A stretch of DNA of 64,000 nt, taken from Monocercomonoides exilis PA203 (taxonomy: Eukaryota > Protista > Preaxostyla). Numbering within the stretch: the stretch's first letter is position 1; every line of letters starts with the position of its first letter. Below the pieces are notes generated by a model. That model was given only the letters and a program-made list of their open reading frames with translations, was not told the DNA's origin and made no database searches. Made by a program: the position numbers and the translations under genes. The stretch is from NCBI GenBank assembly GCA_001643675.2, contig LSRY02000012.1:1302001-1366000 (forward strand), written 5' to 3'. Below are positions 11,629 to 25,181 of the stretch, in pieces.

Positions 11629-12759
11629 GTTGTTTAATGGATTTTTTAACTATGTAGCTTTTGAGTGTGAAATGACAGGATGGCATATTCATTTATTATT
11701 TCTGTTCAGCCTCGATTTGTATGTATTTAGTGATCATTTTATCGTTCGAAAAACAAATTTCAAACTCAGAAGAACACTCGCCAATAAACATTTTGTTTTA
11801 TCAAAGAGTCAAGTCTCATTATAATTTCAAAACTTCTTAATTCTTAAATAATATTTTGATAATGTTAGTATGTCTTTTTAATTGAGAGGTTTAATTTTCT
11901 ATTATTACTGCAGATTTTTTATTAATCATTACAATTCTAATATGTACATTTATGTTTTAAATTTTTTGCCTGTTCATTTTTTACAATTTAATTGATCTTT
12001 ATTGTAACAAGGTCAAGTTTTAAAATTTAGTGAATATTTAAAAATAGTTGGAGTGATTGATTATAACACAATTTTTTTATGCTCTGATTTAAAATTAAAA
12101 TGAAAACTTTATCAGCATCATTGGAGCGTAATCTGCATCAAACATTTAAATGTATAGACTGAACACTTTTTTTTTTTTTTTTTTTTTTTTAATTTCGAAT
12201 TATTGAGAAAATAATAAAAATTTAGAAAAATTTTCCATTTTTATGACTTTTTATAATTGTCAATAAAGATTTTTGTAATTTATTGATTTAAGCACAACAT
12301 ACGACCTAGAACAATTTTTTTGCAAATGTACCACACAGAATGATAACATGTTGGACACAGATGCTTTTGATCTTTTGATTGTTAACAGAAACTGTGAATA
12401 ATATTATTTTGAATTTTTGAACAATTCAGGAATTATGGTCTTTTCTGTTGAAACAATCAATATTCTTAGTGGAATTTATTTTTGTTTGCTTTATTCTATC
12501 GACACCTGTTTTTATCTTTTGGTTTAACTTTTTTTCAACTTGTTAGAGGTTGACTTATATGATTCACACTTTAAGGATTTTCTTTGTAAATGAATACAAA
12601 AACAATTATATAAAAGGTTATGTTGATAAGTGTAATTTTAATAATAACTATATTTATCTATCATAATATTCCATATGAAAATTCACTTTAAACAATGATA
12701 TATGAATACAGATATGTAATAACAATTTTTAATGAAAGCTTCTACATGAAAATAATCTC

Positions 12760-15280
12760 AAACATTGTGATTGAAAACAATAATTATTCTTTTTTTCTTT
12801 TGAATGAATAATTCCTCTCCAAAGAAATTATCACTTTAAAAAATATACACTTAGAAAAAAGTTATGTTTTCAAAAATTATCACCCATATGAAATCAAAAA
12901 GAATCACCAAAGAAAAATATTTCAGCACTGTTTATTTGATATGTGTGATCATTTTTGAAATCATATCTTTTTTCGTGGTGTTGATAATTTTGTCGTTCAA
13001 TGTTTTTGGTAACTAATTTTTTCAAACAAATGCAAAACTTATGATTATTGTTCCATAATCCGATGCCTGAGATAAATGCAAGAGAAAAAAAAACACCTAA
13101 ATAGCTATATTCCTTTTTTGTGCACATTCTTTTCGTTCGAAACAAATTTTCTATTGAAAAATCAGATTGTCATAATATGATTTTAAAAATAATCACCCAT
13201 ATTCGGAAAGCTTTTCAACGAAAGCCATTCGAATTGATTTGTTTTTCTCTGTATTTCCAAAAGAAGGTCTGACTGTTTAACTTTCAAATGCAAGGATCAG
13301 CAATATTATTGTATTTTCATTTTTTTTTTCAGAAAGAAAAAAATGAAATATTGTTCTTTCAATTGTTTTTCCTACGATGGACATTTCTTTTGACATTATC
13401 AAAGATATTGTCAAAGGATCCTTTCGAAAATTTTCTTTATAAATCTCGCTGAATTATTGTTAATATGCTTTTTCCTTTCTTCCTTTTTGATTCAACGGAA
13501 AAAAATGTCAATTCCGCTTCTCAACTTAGCAAGACATCTTGATATCATAATTGTAGTAAATGTTCATTCACTTTAATGAAATGATTCTGATTTTTCTTGA
13601 CAGTATTTCCAATGGAGCAAAGCAAGTTTCATTCTTTTATCAAGAGTTACAAACGTGTGAGAATTTTTCTATTTTTGTTTCACAATAAATTCCACATTTC
13701 GCAGCTCCTCAGTTTTGTTCTCCCTTTCTTCTTTAGTTTTATTGTAGCTTTCACTTGTTTTATTTTGTGTAATTGTTCAATGAAAAGATGAATTACGGGG
13801 CAAATGATTGGTTCAACTCTATACTCAGACAATGGATGAACAACTTTTGATATATATGTGTGATTATTTATAAAATCATATTTGGGGGAAAATATGGACT
13901 TTCAAGCTTTTTATGCACAGAGCAAGTAAAAATTGTTTCACTTATAACATTATTCAACTTTATCAGATTTCAAAATAAATTTGATTCTCTTTATTGAAAA
14001 CAAACATCATTGATGTTATCGCAAAATGTTTTGTGACCTCACATGTATTTCTAAAAATAAACTCACTTATTTCACATTTTTTAATCGCAAAAAGTCATAA
14101 AAAAGTGCATAATTTTTCAATAAAAATGCCTGAAGCCAAATATTTTGTTCCATTTTTTCTTTCAAAAATATCGGTTCGAAAATTATTCTTGAATATTATA
14201 AAAGGAACATTTAAAAGTTCATATTTTTTGCAAAAGACATCTTCATGTTAATTTCAGGTGAAGCATTTGTTTTTGAAACAGGAGTGATAATTCAACAGTT
14301 TGAATAAAAAACCTCTTTCCCATGACAAACATATTTTGAAAAACCAATATCCCGAAAAAAGTTTTGATTTCAAAAATAATCACATATTTTGTTCACTTGC
14401 AATGAAAACTTCATGAAAAGACATATGGGAAATTCTTTCTGAAAAGTCGCAAATGGTTAATTATCCAATCAATCAAAAACTTCATATATTGCTCAAATAT
14501 TTGTTGACATACACCAAACTTAACAAAAATGGAATCAATTTCTGGATAATGCTATTTCTGACATTCTTAAGAAGATTTGTCAGTGGAAACAAAAATTTTA
14601 TTAAAATATGAAATATTTGATTAAGGTGAAGATTAAACATTTGCGACTTTTCAAAAAGAATAATACATATTAAAAAATATATTATTCAAAAAATAATGAG
14701 TGCAAAAGAAAGAATACTTTGGATTGTGAAACGATTGAAATTACTTTGAAGGATTTTGAGAGGAAATAAAAACATAATTAAATAAAAAAAATTAAACCAT
14801 TGAATAAAACAGCGTTCCATTTAATAAAATAATTTTTATTTGTCAATAATTTGAGAGTTAATGAAAAATCCGAAAGAAATGGGATTGGATTCATCAACAG
14901 AAAAAAAATCTGATTGAAAAAGAATAAACCCTTTCATGTTAATATGTGTAACTCAAAGACAATAATATAATAAAAAACAACACCATTATCTTTTTGAATA
15001 GCAACTGAGAATGCATATAGGTGATTATTTTTGAAGTGACATTATTTCACACATAATTTCCCGTTTAAAAATTAATTTTGTATGTTAACAAATGAACATT
15101 AAACAGTTGAAAAGCTTATTGAAAACATTTTGATCTTTGATTCTGTGTTAACAATTGTCTTGAAAAATATTAATTATTGTTCTTCTCTTTTGAATCAAAA
15201 TTTTCTTTCAAAAAACTGAAAATCTTTGAAAATCACAACCCCGAAAAAAGATATGATTTTAATAATAATCACCTAAAAAT
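12760..15280. repeat. Cluster of degenerate dispersed repeats, core GAAAAAAGWTATGATTTYAAAAATAATCAC, in both orientations, inside an AT-rich gene-free tract
   Basis: Core copies at about 12854-12889 (+), 12938-12975 (-), 13176-13203 (+), 14350-14388 (+), 15015-15040 (-), 15240-15275 (+). Similarity extends ~100 bp upstream for the 12854, 14350 and 15240 copies. Confidence 0.7.
14423..14670. repeat. Degenerate ~65-bp inverted repeat pair
   Basis: attctttctgaaaagtcgcaaatggttaat (14432-14461) versus the reverse complement of attaaacatttgcgacttttcaaaaagaat (14632-14661), with further flanking similarity. Confidence 0.75.
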
Positions 15281-16049
15281 TTCCATTTTTTCAGAGAGGA
15301 AAACAGGGAACCTGAAGAAAGTCAGTCTTTTTTTTTTTTTTTTTCTTTTTCTTTATTTTATAAAAGACAAGGGCTAACAAAAATAAGCTGCTTTTTCTTT
15401 TAATCTAAAGAATTCAGATTGTAAATATTATTCAAAAAAGATTAAAAAATTTTATTTATTATTTCAGATTTTCGAAAATTTCTTCAATTAATTCAAAATT
15501 TCCATTTTTGTTAGAAATTATATCTTTCATTGAAAAGGAAAATTATGTTGTTTCATAAATAAATGAATAAAGAAAGAGATTCAACAATACTATGTGTAAC
15601 AGAAATAAGAAACCTATGATTTTCTTCCCATTACAAAAGAAATGAACCATCTTGTTTTTATTAAGTTTAAATTTTTATTTTTATTTTTATTTTGTTTCTT
15701 TTGAAGCATTTACACATGAAAATTTATAACAAAATATGTTTAACTAATAATTGAATTTAGTTCGATTAATCGACCTGCAATCGATTTTAAAAGTCAAAAA
15801 TAATTTATTGATTTTTTAAATGGTTGATGGAAAATTTACAATTTAAAACAAAATCAAGTTGATATATACTTTGAGCAAATAAACATACAAAAAATAATTC
15901 CCTAAAAATAAAAAAGCTGATCAAAGGAAAGAAACTCAAAAATAAACAATGGCATAAAGTTATCAAGTCAGAAAATATTTAGTTTCACCACAAGAAGAAA
16001 AGTTAAAATTTCGTAAAGAATGCTTGATTCGAATATATTTTTATCTCAT

Positions 16050-16824
16050 TTATTCCTTTTTCTTTTCTTTAATGTTTTCAACCTTTGAAATATCCTCTTT
16101 TGCTTTTTCGATAACTTCTTCCTCTTTTGCAGCTCTTCGTTCTTCATGTTCCTTCATTTTCTCGTCAAGAGCTTTTTGAGCCTCTTCCTTTTCCTTGACT
16201 TCTTTTTCTTTTTGTGCTTGTTTTGCTAATGAAACTTTTTCAACCTCGCTGTGGGCCTTTTCTTTGGTTTCTTTTAACTGAGTTTCTCTTCGCTCTTGTG
16301 CAGCTTCCATTTTTTTAGTATGACTCTCAAGATATTGTTGCGCTTTTGCCTCTTCTTTTTCTTGCAAAGCAGCAGCAACTCCTTCAACTCTTTGACCAGG
16401 CTTACTTGCTTTTTCAGTAATCTGTTTAAGCTGTTCTTCTCTTCTTTTTTGTGCCGCCTCAAGAGATTCTTCAACTTTTGCAGATTGCTCTTTTTGCTTT
16501 GCAGTTTGCTCTTCTCGATTCTTTTTTGCTTGCTCTTGTCGTTCAGCTCGTTTGGCTTCCATTTCCCGTCTCTGACAATCAGAAAAATGATCAAAAATTT
16601 TGAAAAAACACATGCTTTGAAAAGAAATAAAAGGCAAATCCAATTTAGTAAACTTGTTCAGCTTCTGCTTCTCTTCGTTGCTCTGCTAATTTCTGCTTTT
16701 CTTCAATTTGAGATGGGGACAAAGGTTGCTGATGTGATTGTTCCAATCTTTGTGCAATCTCCGGCTTTTCTGGTGTTTTCTGCAATTCGACATCGATTGT
16801 TTCAGGTTTTTGAGACGATGACAT
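16050..16824 (-). CDS. Charged coiled-coil protein with stathmin-like repeats
   Basis: Exon 1 16824-16654, phase-0 intron 16653-16572, exon 2 16571-16050. Repeats: PLSPSQIEEKQKLAEQRRE, VEESLEAAQKRREEQLK, KKMEAAQERRETQLK, EKMKEHEERRAAK. Confidence 0.65.
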
Positions 16825-17947
16825 TGAAAATGGTAAACTTTCGGTTTTAAAGAATTCAAATTGATCAAAAACATTATTCAAAAAAGTTTGAATCGATCCT
16901 GAGTCAAAATCGGAAAAATAGAATTTTGAATGGATCATAAATGATTGAGTGGTGCTTTGTATTTTTGAATGGTAATATTTTGCACTTGTTATTATTAATA
17001 TGATAAGTGTGAAATAGCGACTGTTTTATAAGATCAAGTTAAACCGAATTGCACATAAATATTGTAATAAAAGAAAAATTTTGATTTGTGGTATGCAAGA
17101 AAAAAGAATTATTGTTTGAATGATACAAGAAACAATGATGAACAAGTTACGTCCGTGTTTCTGAACTTTATGCATGTCGAAGAAACATAACCTATCTTGA
17201 CAATCTGATACATTTATTGATATATTTTAAATTTATTTTTTGAATGTTTTTTCACCTAAGTTTCATTTATACTTTTTTCAGTTTTATTATGATATTGTTT
17301 TGTGACCACAGTTGTTGTGAAGAAAAAAAAAAGTATGTTTGGAAGTTGAGCGATTATGAGTGAAGAATGAATGATGATTCAAAATTGTAGGGTTACCGAC
17401 AAAGACATGGGGAAAAAAACTTGAATTAACCTGTCTCGTCTGAACATTCTATTTATATTTTTTTTGTGAAAAAAAATAATTTTCATTTTTTCTTTTGTAT
17501 CATTTTTGAAACTTTAATTCTTTTTTGTATTTTTTTTTATTTAATTATTTTTAAAGCAGATTTTTTATAAAAAGTGAAAACTAGAATTGAAATGATACGC
17601 AACCGAAATATTCGAAACATTGTTATTGATTTACAAAAATTAAAAAATTCTCAAACATTTTCTTTTCATTTTTGTTTAATCATTTTGAAAAAACATGAGC
17701 TGCAGATAATGCACGTTTCTTTTTTAATGTTATCAAAAGATTTAAAAATGCAATATAAAAATTGATGTTTTAAAATGCTGCTTCTTTGTTTCTTTTATGA
17801 AAATGAACATTGGAGAAATAAGAAATTTAATGAATTAAAATTTGAATTAAGCAAAAAAACCGAAAGAATGACGCAAAATCAATTAAAAAATTTACTATTT
17901 TAAAACTTAAAAAAGAGGAAAATTGATGTTGAATGTTTTGAATTGAT

Positions 17948-20077
17948 CTATTCTTCTTTCTCAGCAAGAAGTGAATCTTTTTTGCTTTTCCCTTTTTGCT
18001 TTTCTTTTGCTTTAGAAGCTGGAGAGGTGTTTTCAGATCCAGTGCTTTCTTTTTGGATTTTAGATTTTGTTACAACATCAGTTGGTTTATTTTGTGGCTT
18101 TAGAAGAACGATTAAAATTATAACAGATGCAACGCAAGCAAAAACAAGGAGCACAATCAGAATAATCTTGAAATTTCAAATAAGAACATTATCAGATACA
18201 GAGAATCAAAGTGAAAGCTAGTATCATCACACTTTTTTGTTATCTTCAATCCACTCTGAGATGTTGAATGCTTCATCGTTTTCTTGTTCTTCTACTTCCT
18301 TTGAATTCATCTGTTTATTGCAAAATATTTGAAATAATCACAAAAAAATCATAATTTTCATAGAATTATGACAAATAAAATACAAAAATAAGAAAATGTC
18401 TCTTTTGAATAAAGTGATAATATTTGATGAAACCTCTCCGTTGTAAACTTTATTTACGAAAGAAAGAATGTTACGAGCATTCCATTCGGTTTGTGCTTCG
18501 TCAACCCATGATTCACTGAAGAAAACAAAGAAGAACCAAAGAAACAAGACAATTGTCAAAAAAAAATATTCATATCAAATCTTAAAGGCATTTGCAACAG
18601 ACCTTTGTGCAAAATCATGAATAAACAGAGAAGGGAAAGATTTTGGCTTTATAGAGAAATAAGAAAGGAAGTATGGCAATTGCTGAATGTCGACATAAGA
18701 AAAAGAATATGAAGAAGAGTATTGTGTTGATGATAAATGATTCAAAGCAGCACGTCGAAGCTCTTCGAGGAATCTTGTGATTATGAAAAGCAGAATTAGA
18801 AGACATTATAAAAAAAGTACAAAAGCAGACGAGACGAATAAAAGCAACATTAAAATAAGAACAGTCATTCAATAATTTATTATTCATTCAAACTTGTTGA
18901 CACCATCTGATTCTGTTCCATTAATCACGCCAAAAACCATCCTCTTGCCTTCTTTTTTGACTGCCTCATTCACATCTTTGATGAAAAGGGGAACAAATTC
19001 AAACTGCATCATCGAAAGCCACTTGGTTAGACTTGCTGAATCAGTATTCATTGTGGATCCAGCATTTGGTTGAGAATAAAAAATATTGTATCGTGCAGAA
19101 TGAGATGAAGACACGATCAAATGCATTTTCAACTGATCTTCATAACTCTTTGGCCTGAGATGTTCAGGAACCCCCAAAAGATCGAGCATTATGATGAATG
19201 AATCGTCTTTGTATAAGTTTTTCTCGCTTGTGTTGCAGTAGACAAAAAATGTTGTCGTGCTATAAAAAGAATTTGCTACTGCTTCAAATCCAGGATCCAT
19301 TGTCGGTGATAGTAAAATGATCGTTGCTCGTTGTTGAGAAGTTGCAATAATCTGATTTATCAAAGCAGGAGTTCTCATTTCTACAGGTACGCTCATCATC
19401 TTTGTCAAATACTTTTTCATTAAAGATGGGTTGAATGATTCGCGATAACGCGATTTAGAAGTGCCTTTTTGGTAAAATAAATAAATAAATAAATAAAATG
19501 TTATTTATCAACAAAAAATTTATTTTTGAACATACCATTTTCAAAAAATTTGAGAATTGGATATCCGGTAATATCTTGTTCATCACATAGTTGCTTGTTG
19601 ACGTGACAGTTAACATGACCAAAATTAATAAGTTCTGATAGCTCATTTGAAACAGCTTCAAAATCAGGTTTCATTGCTGTGCATTTTTGACACCTGAGCA
19701 CAACAAATGAAAATAATTAAGATAAAAGCAGATTTAAAAATACATACCATTCAGCGTAAAATCTCTTTGAAAATATAAAATCATCAAGTAAAAGAAAAAC
19801 ATCCACAAAAGTTAAACATATATCCGATGAATGAAAAAGGAAAACGAATGACAAACTATGCTGTTATGTTGGAAAAATGAATTATTTACATTCATTAAAA
19901 CATTAACATTTATAACAAATCGGTAAAAGTTGACAAAATCATTAACAAATCAATTTTTAACACAAACAACCACCATCCTTCCTTTATTGATTCGGTGAAA
20001 TTTGCTTGGGATAAATGAACTGATTGCGCATTGCATTGCAACGCAAAAATTAAAACAACTAAAAATTTGCTAAACAT
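17948..20077 (-). CDS. Protein disulfide isomerase / TMX-like membrane-anchored thioredoxin protein, multi-exon
   Basis: Signal peptide MFSKFLVVLIFALQCNA; spliced WFIRFYAEWCQKC; VNC...LC...ITGYPILKFF; C-terminal TM helix followed by a Lys-rich tail. Confidence 0.85.
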
Positions 20078-20170
20078 GAAAAAAAGCAAAAAGCTTTTTT
20101 TATAAGATCGACCATCCAAATACTTTATATCTGCAATATTGTTTTAGCTTCTAACTTTGCGTATAAAGAA

Positions 20171-20675
20171 ATGTCAACGCCAAATTCAATCGACGTTATA
20201 CCTTTACAAGATGTAGAAAAAGTTTAGAGAGATATATTTTGAATTATGACTTTTTATACCTTTATAATCAATAATTATAATATAGACATCGTCAGCAGCC
20301 TCAACAAAGTCAAAACGAAAAATCCCCAAAGAAGAGCGTACAACAACACCTTATTTAACAAAATTTGAACGAGCTCGCGTTCTCGGTGCTCGAGCACTTC
20401 AGTTGAGGTTCGCATAAATATTCAATATTTTTTCCATTTTATTTGGATTATTTTCAGCATGAATGCAAAAGCCATGGTAGACACCACTGGAATCAGTGAT
20501 CCACTAATTATTGCTGATAAGGTTTAAATTGATATATCGAAATTCTTCATGTATTTCATTTTTAACATAGGAACTTCAAGAGAGAAAGGTACCAATGATC
20601 ATTCGACGTTTTCTTCCTGATGATACATATGAAGACTGGGAATTAGATGAATTAATTGTTGAATCATTTAGATGA
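20171..20675 (+). CDS. RPB6: RNA polymerases I/II/III shared subunit RPB6 (RPABC2), 3 introns
   Basis: [51 protein letters not shown]. Confidence 0.95.
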
Positions 20676-20922
20676 AGTGGAATTTTTGTTTTCATTTCAC
20701 ATTTCAAAAATTTGTTTCTTTATTTTGAATAACATTTCTATTTAACATAAAAAAATGTGAAAATAGAAAAAATTTTTTTATACATAAACGCAAGTTCCCG
20801 AAGAAGTGACTAAAAGCGATATGTGAGAAAAGAAGAGCGAAAAGTTATGAATTAAATGTTTTTTTGAAACAGATCCAAGAAAATACAGAAATATGAACAT
20901 TTTATCAATACAAAGGAATATC

Positions 20923-22616
20923 TTACTCACTCTTCTTTTTATCTTCTCTTGCCTTTATTTTAGAGTCAACAGGAAGAGGACGTTGGATGTTTCCTTTTTT
21001 GAACCAATTTATGAAGCCACGAATGAGTGTGAGAGCAAGCACAACTGACACAACAATAAGGATAAAAATAATTGGCTTGTGAATGGAATAGATAAATGGA
21101 AGGTTGAACTCAACAACAATGTTGCCAAAAGCAGGTGAATTCAAAACATTGCGACGATGAAGAACGAGTGTACGTCTTCCGAGATAATCGAGATTGTGGT
21201 ATGTCACTTCATCAGGTCGCATCTCCAGCTTGCACGCGTCTGCTCTAACAACAACAGACTTCGCACCTTCTGGCAGTGCAATCTTCAACACAACATCTTC
21301 GCTGGCTCCATTTTCCAATGATGGTGCCAGCGGAACTGCAAACGAATGCTCTCTTTTTGTAAGCATTTGTCCTTCTTTCATTTCATCAGAATCGTCAGAG
21401 TAGAAGAATCCTCCCTTGTGTGCACGGCTTTCCTTCTGTGAAGCTGGCAGTTCACCTTTCTTCACTCCAAGCACAGCATTCTCGTCGCTGAGTGTTGACC
21501 ATGGAAGATAATACTCGACATAGAAAGTGGTGTGCCATCCACCATAAATCGGAAAACGTGGCTGCAAGTTCAAGCGAGTAACAACTGGAGATGTATAAAC
21601 AGAAGATGACGAAATGTTTCCAATACCATCACGATATGAGAACTCTTGCGCTGTCGGTGGAACATCCAAAATAAGATGGTTAATGGTTCCTGCTTGGTCG
21701 TTTTTCCGAACCTTATTTAAAAAAAATCAAAGAAAATGCATCAAATGAAAGAAAAATAGAAAAATTTATGAATTTTATTAATAATACATTAATAAGTGCT
21801 GAATAAAATTATATAGTTCAAACCATGTTTTTGAATGCATTCAATTCTCCTTTGAAGCTAGCTCCAGTATTCTTCACATCGTAATGTTCCTGAATACGAG
21901 AAGGTGCGAGTTGGTTCACAATTATTTGTCTTGTGTATCCAATAGCTGTGAGATAGGATGTTGGGCATGTATAATGCACAAAGAACTGTTCCTCTTTATC
22001 GCTTGGCGCACTGTTGAAATGAGCCGAAAACAGTTCAGCTTCTTGATCAAAAGTCAAAGCTTGAGTGGCTGCAATATATCTATCAGTATGAACACGGATG
22101 TAAAAGTCTTCAGAGTTTGTCTGATACTGTGAAGGGAAATGAAGATTGCCATTCAATCGAGAGCATTGAATCTCATCTTGTGTTATTTCACGTGGCAAGG
22201 GATCAGCAATCTGGAACAATAAAATTTTTGCTGTAAGAGTTGCCTTATCGCCTGGCTCGATTGATTTTGGTAACGAAATAATCCATTCATGGTTTCTGAT
22301 TGTGAAAATAGCAGATTATCAATTAAAACTCATAAAATTTGAATATGAGAAAAAATAAATCATACTCTTTGCTATATTCAAATTCAGCTTCTTTTGAGTT
22401 GATTGCAAAGGAAATAGTAGACAATTTTCTCATTTCAAACTCAAATGGGAAGCAATATTCGTTGTTGTTTTTGTCCGACGATTCGACAAAGAAAGAGACA
22501 GTATACCGAGCAAAAAATATATTGCCCTTCACATCAAAATCACGAACAACATTCTCATTCACAATGGAAAACGTTTGTTCCACTGCAAACAGAATAGTTA
22601 TCAAAGAAGCAATCAT
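20923..22616 (-). CDS. RPN1: Oligosaccharyltransferase subunit ribophorin I (OST1)
   Basis: YRDGIGNISSS, LQPRFPIYGGWHTTF, IALPEGA, YHNLDYLGR; signal peptide and C-terminal TM helix. Confidence 0.9.
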
Positions 22617-22895
22617 TGATCTCCAGAAACAAAATAAAATTTTGATATCCAATTTTCTCAAAAAACAAAATCCGATTCATGCGTTTTTTGATTCAACTCA
22701 AATCAGCAGTGAAAATAAAATGAAAAATTTAAAATAGAAAAGACAATAAGAGAATTAATTTTAAAACGGAATAATAAAAAAATGAAATTGAAATCTTGCT
22801 TATTGTTATTTCTTTTCTATTTTAATTTTTTTTTAGTCACACTGTTCTTGGTTTTTCAATTGTACAATTTTTTCCATTCACCATAATATAAGTTT

Positions 22896-25181
22896 ATGAA
22901 AGTTTGTTTGCTTTTTTATGTCTATTATGAAGGAAATTAACATGTAAAAATAATTGAATTTTATAGTCATTTGCATGTCCAACATGTGGAAGAGTTTTTA
23001 ATCGTTCGCAAAAGCTCGACGACCATGCACGAATTCATACAGGTGAAGTTTGCTTTTTTTATTTATTTGCTTTTTTAATTTGTTAAGAGGCCATATGTTT
23101 GCAAAGTAGAGGGATGCGGTAAGTGTTTTACTCGTGAATCGCATTTGAGGCGTCATATGGTGTGAATATTTAATAATTTTTACTAAAAAAATATAATGTA
23201 TTTTAGACATCTCATCAAGAAGTTAGACCATTCTCATGTACTTTTGAGGGATGCAATAAATCATTTAAATATAAAGATGCATTGAAAAAACACATGAGAA
23301 AACATATCATTGAAAAGCCATATAAATGTTCATTTTGCTCTGAAACATTTGAAAAGGTATTCAAGACACGTAACATATTTTTCTTTTTACCTCATTTTTT
23401 TAAAAAAAAGCCTTCACATTTGGAAAGACATAAAATCATACATACAGGTGGATTCGTTTGCACCGTTGAAGGATGCCAAGCAAAACCATTTTGTTCTCCA
23501 TTTACTCTTCTTCGTCACATTCAAACGAAACATCAAAATGGTGTGCTCGATAGAAGCACTGCAAATTGTAATATTTTTATTTTTGAACATGCTCTCTGTT
23601 TTGCATTTTTACAAAGATAAAAGATATCTATGTCCAATTCCGCACTGTGGATGTATTTTTGGGAAAATCAGTGAAATGAAACAGCACATAGAAGACGTTC
23701 ATGAAAAACAAAAGTCGTCAAAGCAAGTTATTAGTTGTATGAACTCGAATGATGAAGCCACTGACTCATTAACTGGAGGAATAAAAGATAGTAACACGAA
23801 TAATGAACTTTCACAAGATTCAGATGAAGAAGAATTGGATGATGATATTATGCCAATAAAGTCAAAGATAAAAGGTATTGTTCAGCTTTCTGAAGAAGGC
23901 AAACGACCAAAAAAAGCTGAAGACATTTCTGAATCACAAGAAGAGCATCTTACAGAGAGCGAGGCAATTGAAGAAGAAGAATCCCAAATAATCTCAAGAT
24001 TGCCTTCTCCGCTTATGACTCCTTCATTATCACAATCGCCTTTGTTTTCCAATGCAGATTTTTGCATTCAGTGCGATGCTCTATCCACTTCATCAACAGC
24101 AAATGGATCTTCGACACAAAAAGCAATTGATAAGCTGCCTCTGAATCCGATTGATCTTCCATCAAGCATTATCGTCCCAGTTGTTCATAACATAAGCAGA
24201 ACTCCGACTATTCCATTATTAGAGCATTTGCAAATATCAACATCGAGCCCTTCATTGTCTTCTTCACCTCATCCTTCGACATCTCTTGATCCCCTTCCTT
24301 CTGTCTCTCCCGTCGCTTCCTCCACGTCACATTCACCTCGCACTCCACGAACAAGACAGCGCTCCAGATCAAACACACCAATCAGACAGGCCTTTGCATG
24401 CAACTGGCCAGATTGCAACAAACAATTCTCTTCGGTTTGCATTATTTCCTTTGGAAGTGCCTTTCATATGCTTTTATTGCTTTCTTCTTTTTCATTTCAT
24501 TTTTTTTTTTAATTCTTATTGATAAAGCAATCCAACCTCATCAAACACATACACACAACACACTTGAAGCTTCACTCATATGTTTGCCTTTATCCTAAAT
24601 GCTACCATCGCTTCTCGCACAAACACAATCTTGTAGCACACCATCAAACAGCGCATCAATCTTTGTCCTCATCAAAAGCTGCGTCTGTTTCTGCAGCTTC
24701 AAAGCTTGCACAGTGTCTGCAAGAGAAAATTAAAGAGTTATGTTTTGATAAGAAAATAGAAGAAGAAGAAGGAAAGAAGTCAGACCAAGTTGAGTGGAAG
24801 CAATCAACCATCAAAACAGTTCAAGCAAAAGTTGGCGAGACAGAAACAAAACACAATCAGAATTGGTTCACAGCTCTTTCAAACTTTCACGAAGATAATG
24901 ATGATTTGCCATCGTCAAGCGTTTCAGCTTCAAATGCTCAGTCGCAAACATCAACTGATAAGCACAAAGAACATTTATTCACAGATACCTTCGATGTGTG
25001 CGTGATGATTGAAGAAGGGATGTTGTTCTTTCAGAGTCAAAAATGGAAGAGTGATTCTATTGTTCACATAAATAAGGAACTGGGAAGCGACTTTTCTGAT
25101 AATTCAACTGTATTACATCCAGATAATGGTAACAAGTTTTTTGATTCTGTTTTATTAGATTTATTTAAGTCATGTGAATGA
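22896..25181 (+). CDS. Multi-C2H2 zinc finger protein, TFIIIA-like (about 8 fingers, long acidic/Ser-rich spacer before the last two)
   Basis: Spliced fingers [49 protein letters not shown]...; terminal pair FACNWPDCNKQFSSQSNLIKHIHTTH..YVCLYPKCYHRFSHKHNLVAH. Confidence 0.75.

Noticed and set aside
13200-13900. Possible decayed minus-strand coding remnant in the AT-rich tract
   Set aside because: Only faint resemblance to coding sequence, with many stops; cannot be supported without alignment.
12850-15280. Repeated ~35-bp motif considered as a CRISPR-like array
   Set aside because: Irregular spacing, mixed orientation, degenerate copies, eukaryotic context and no cas genes.
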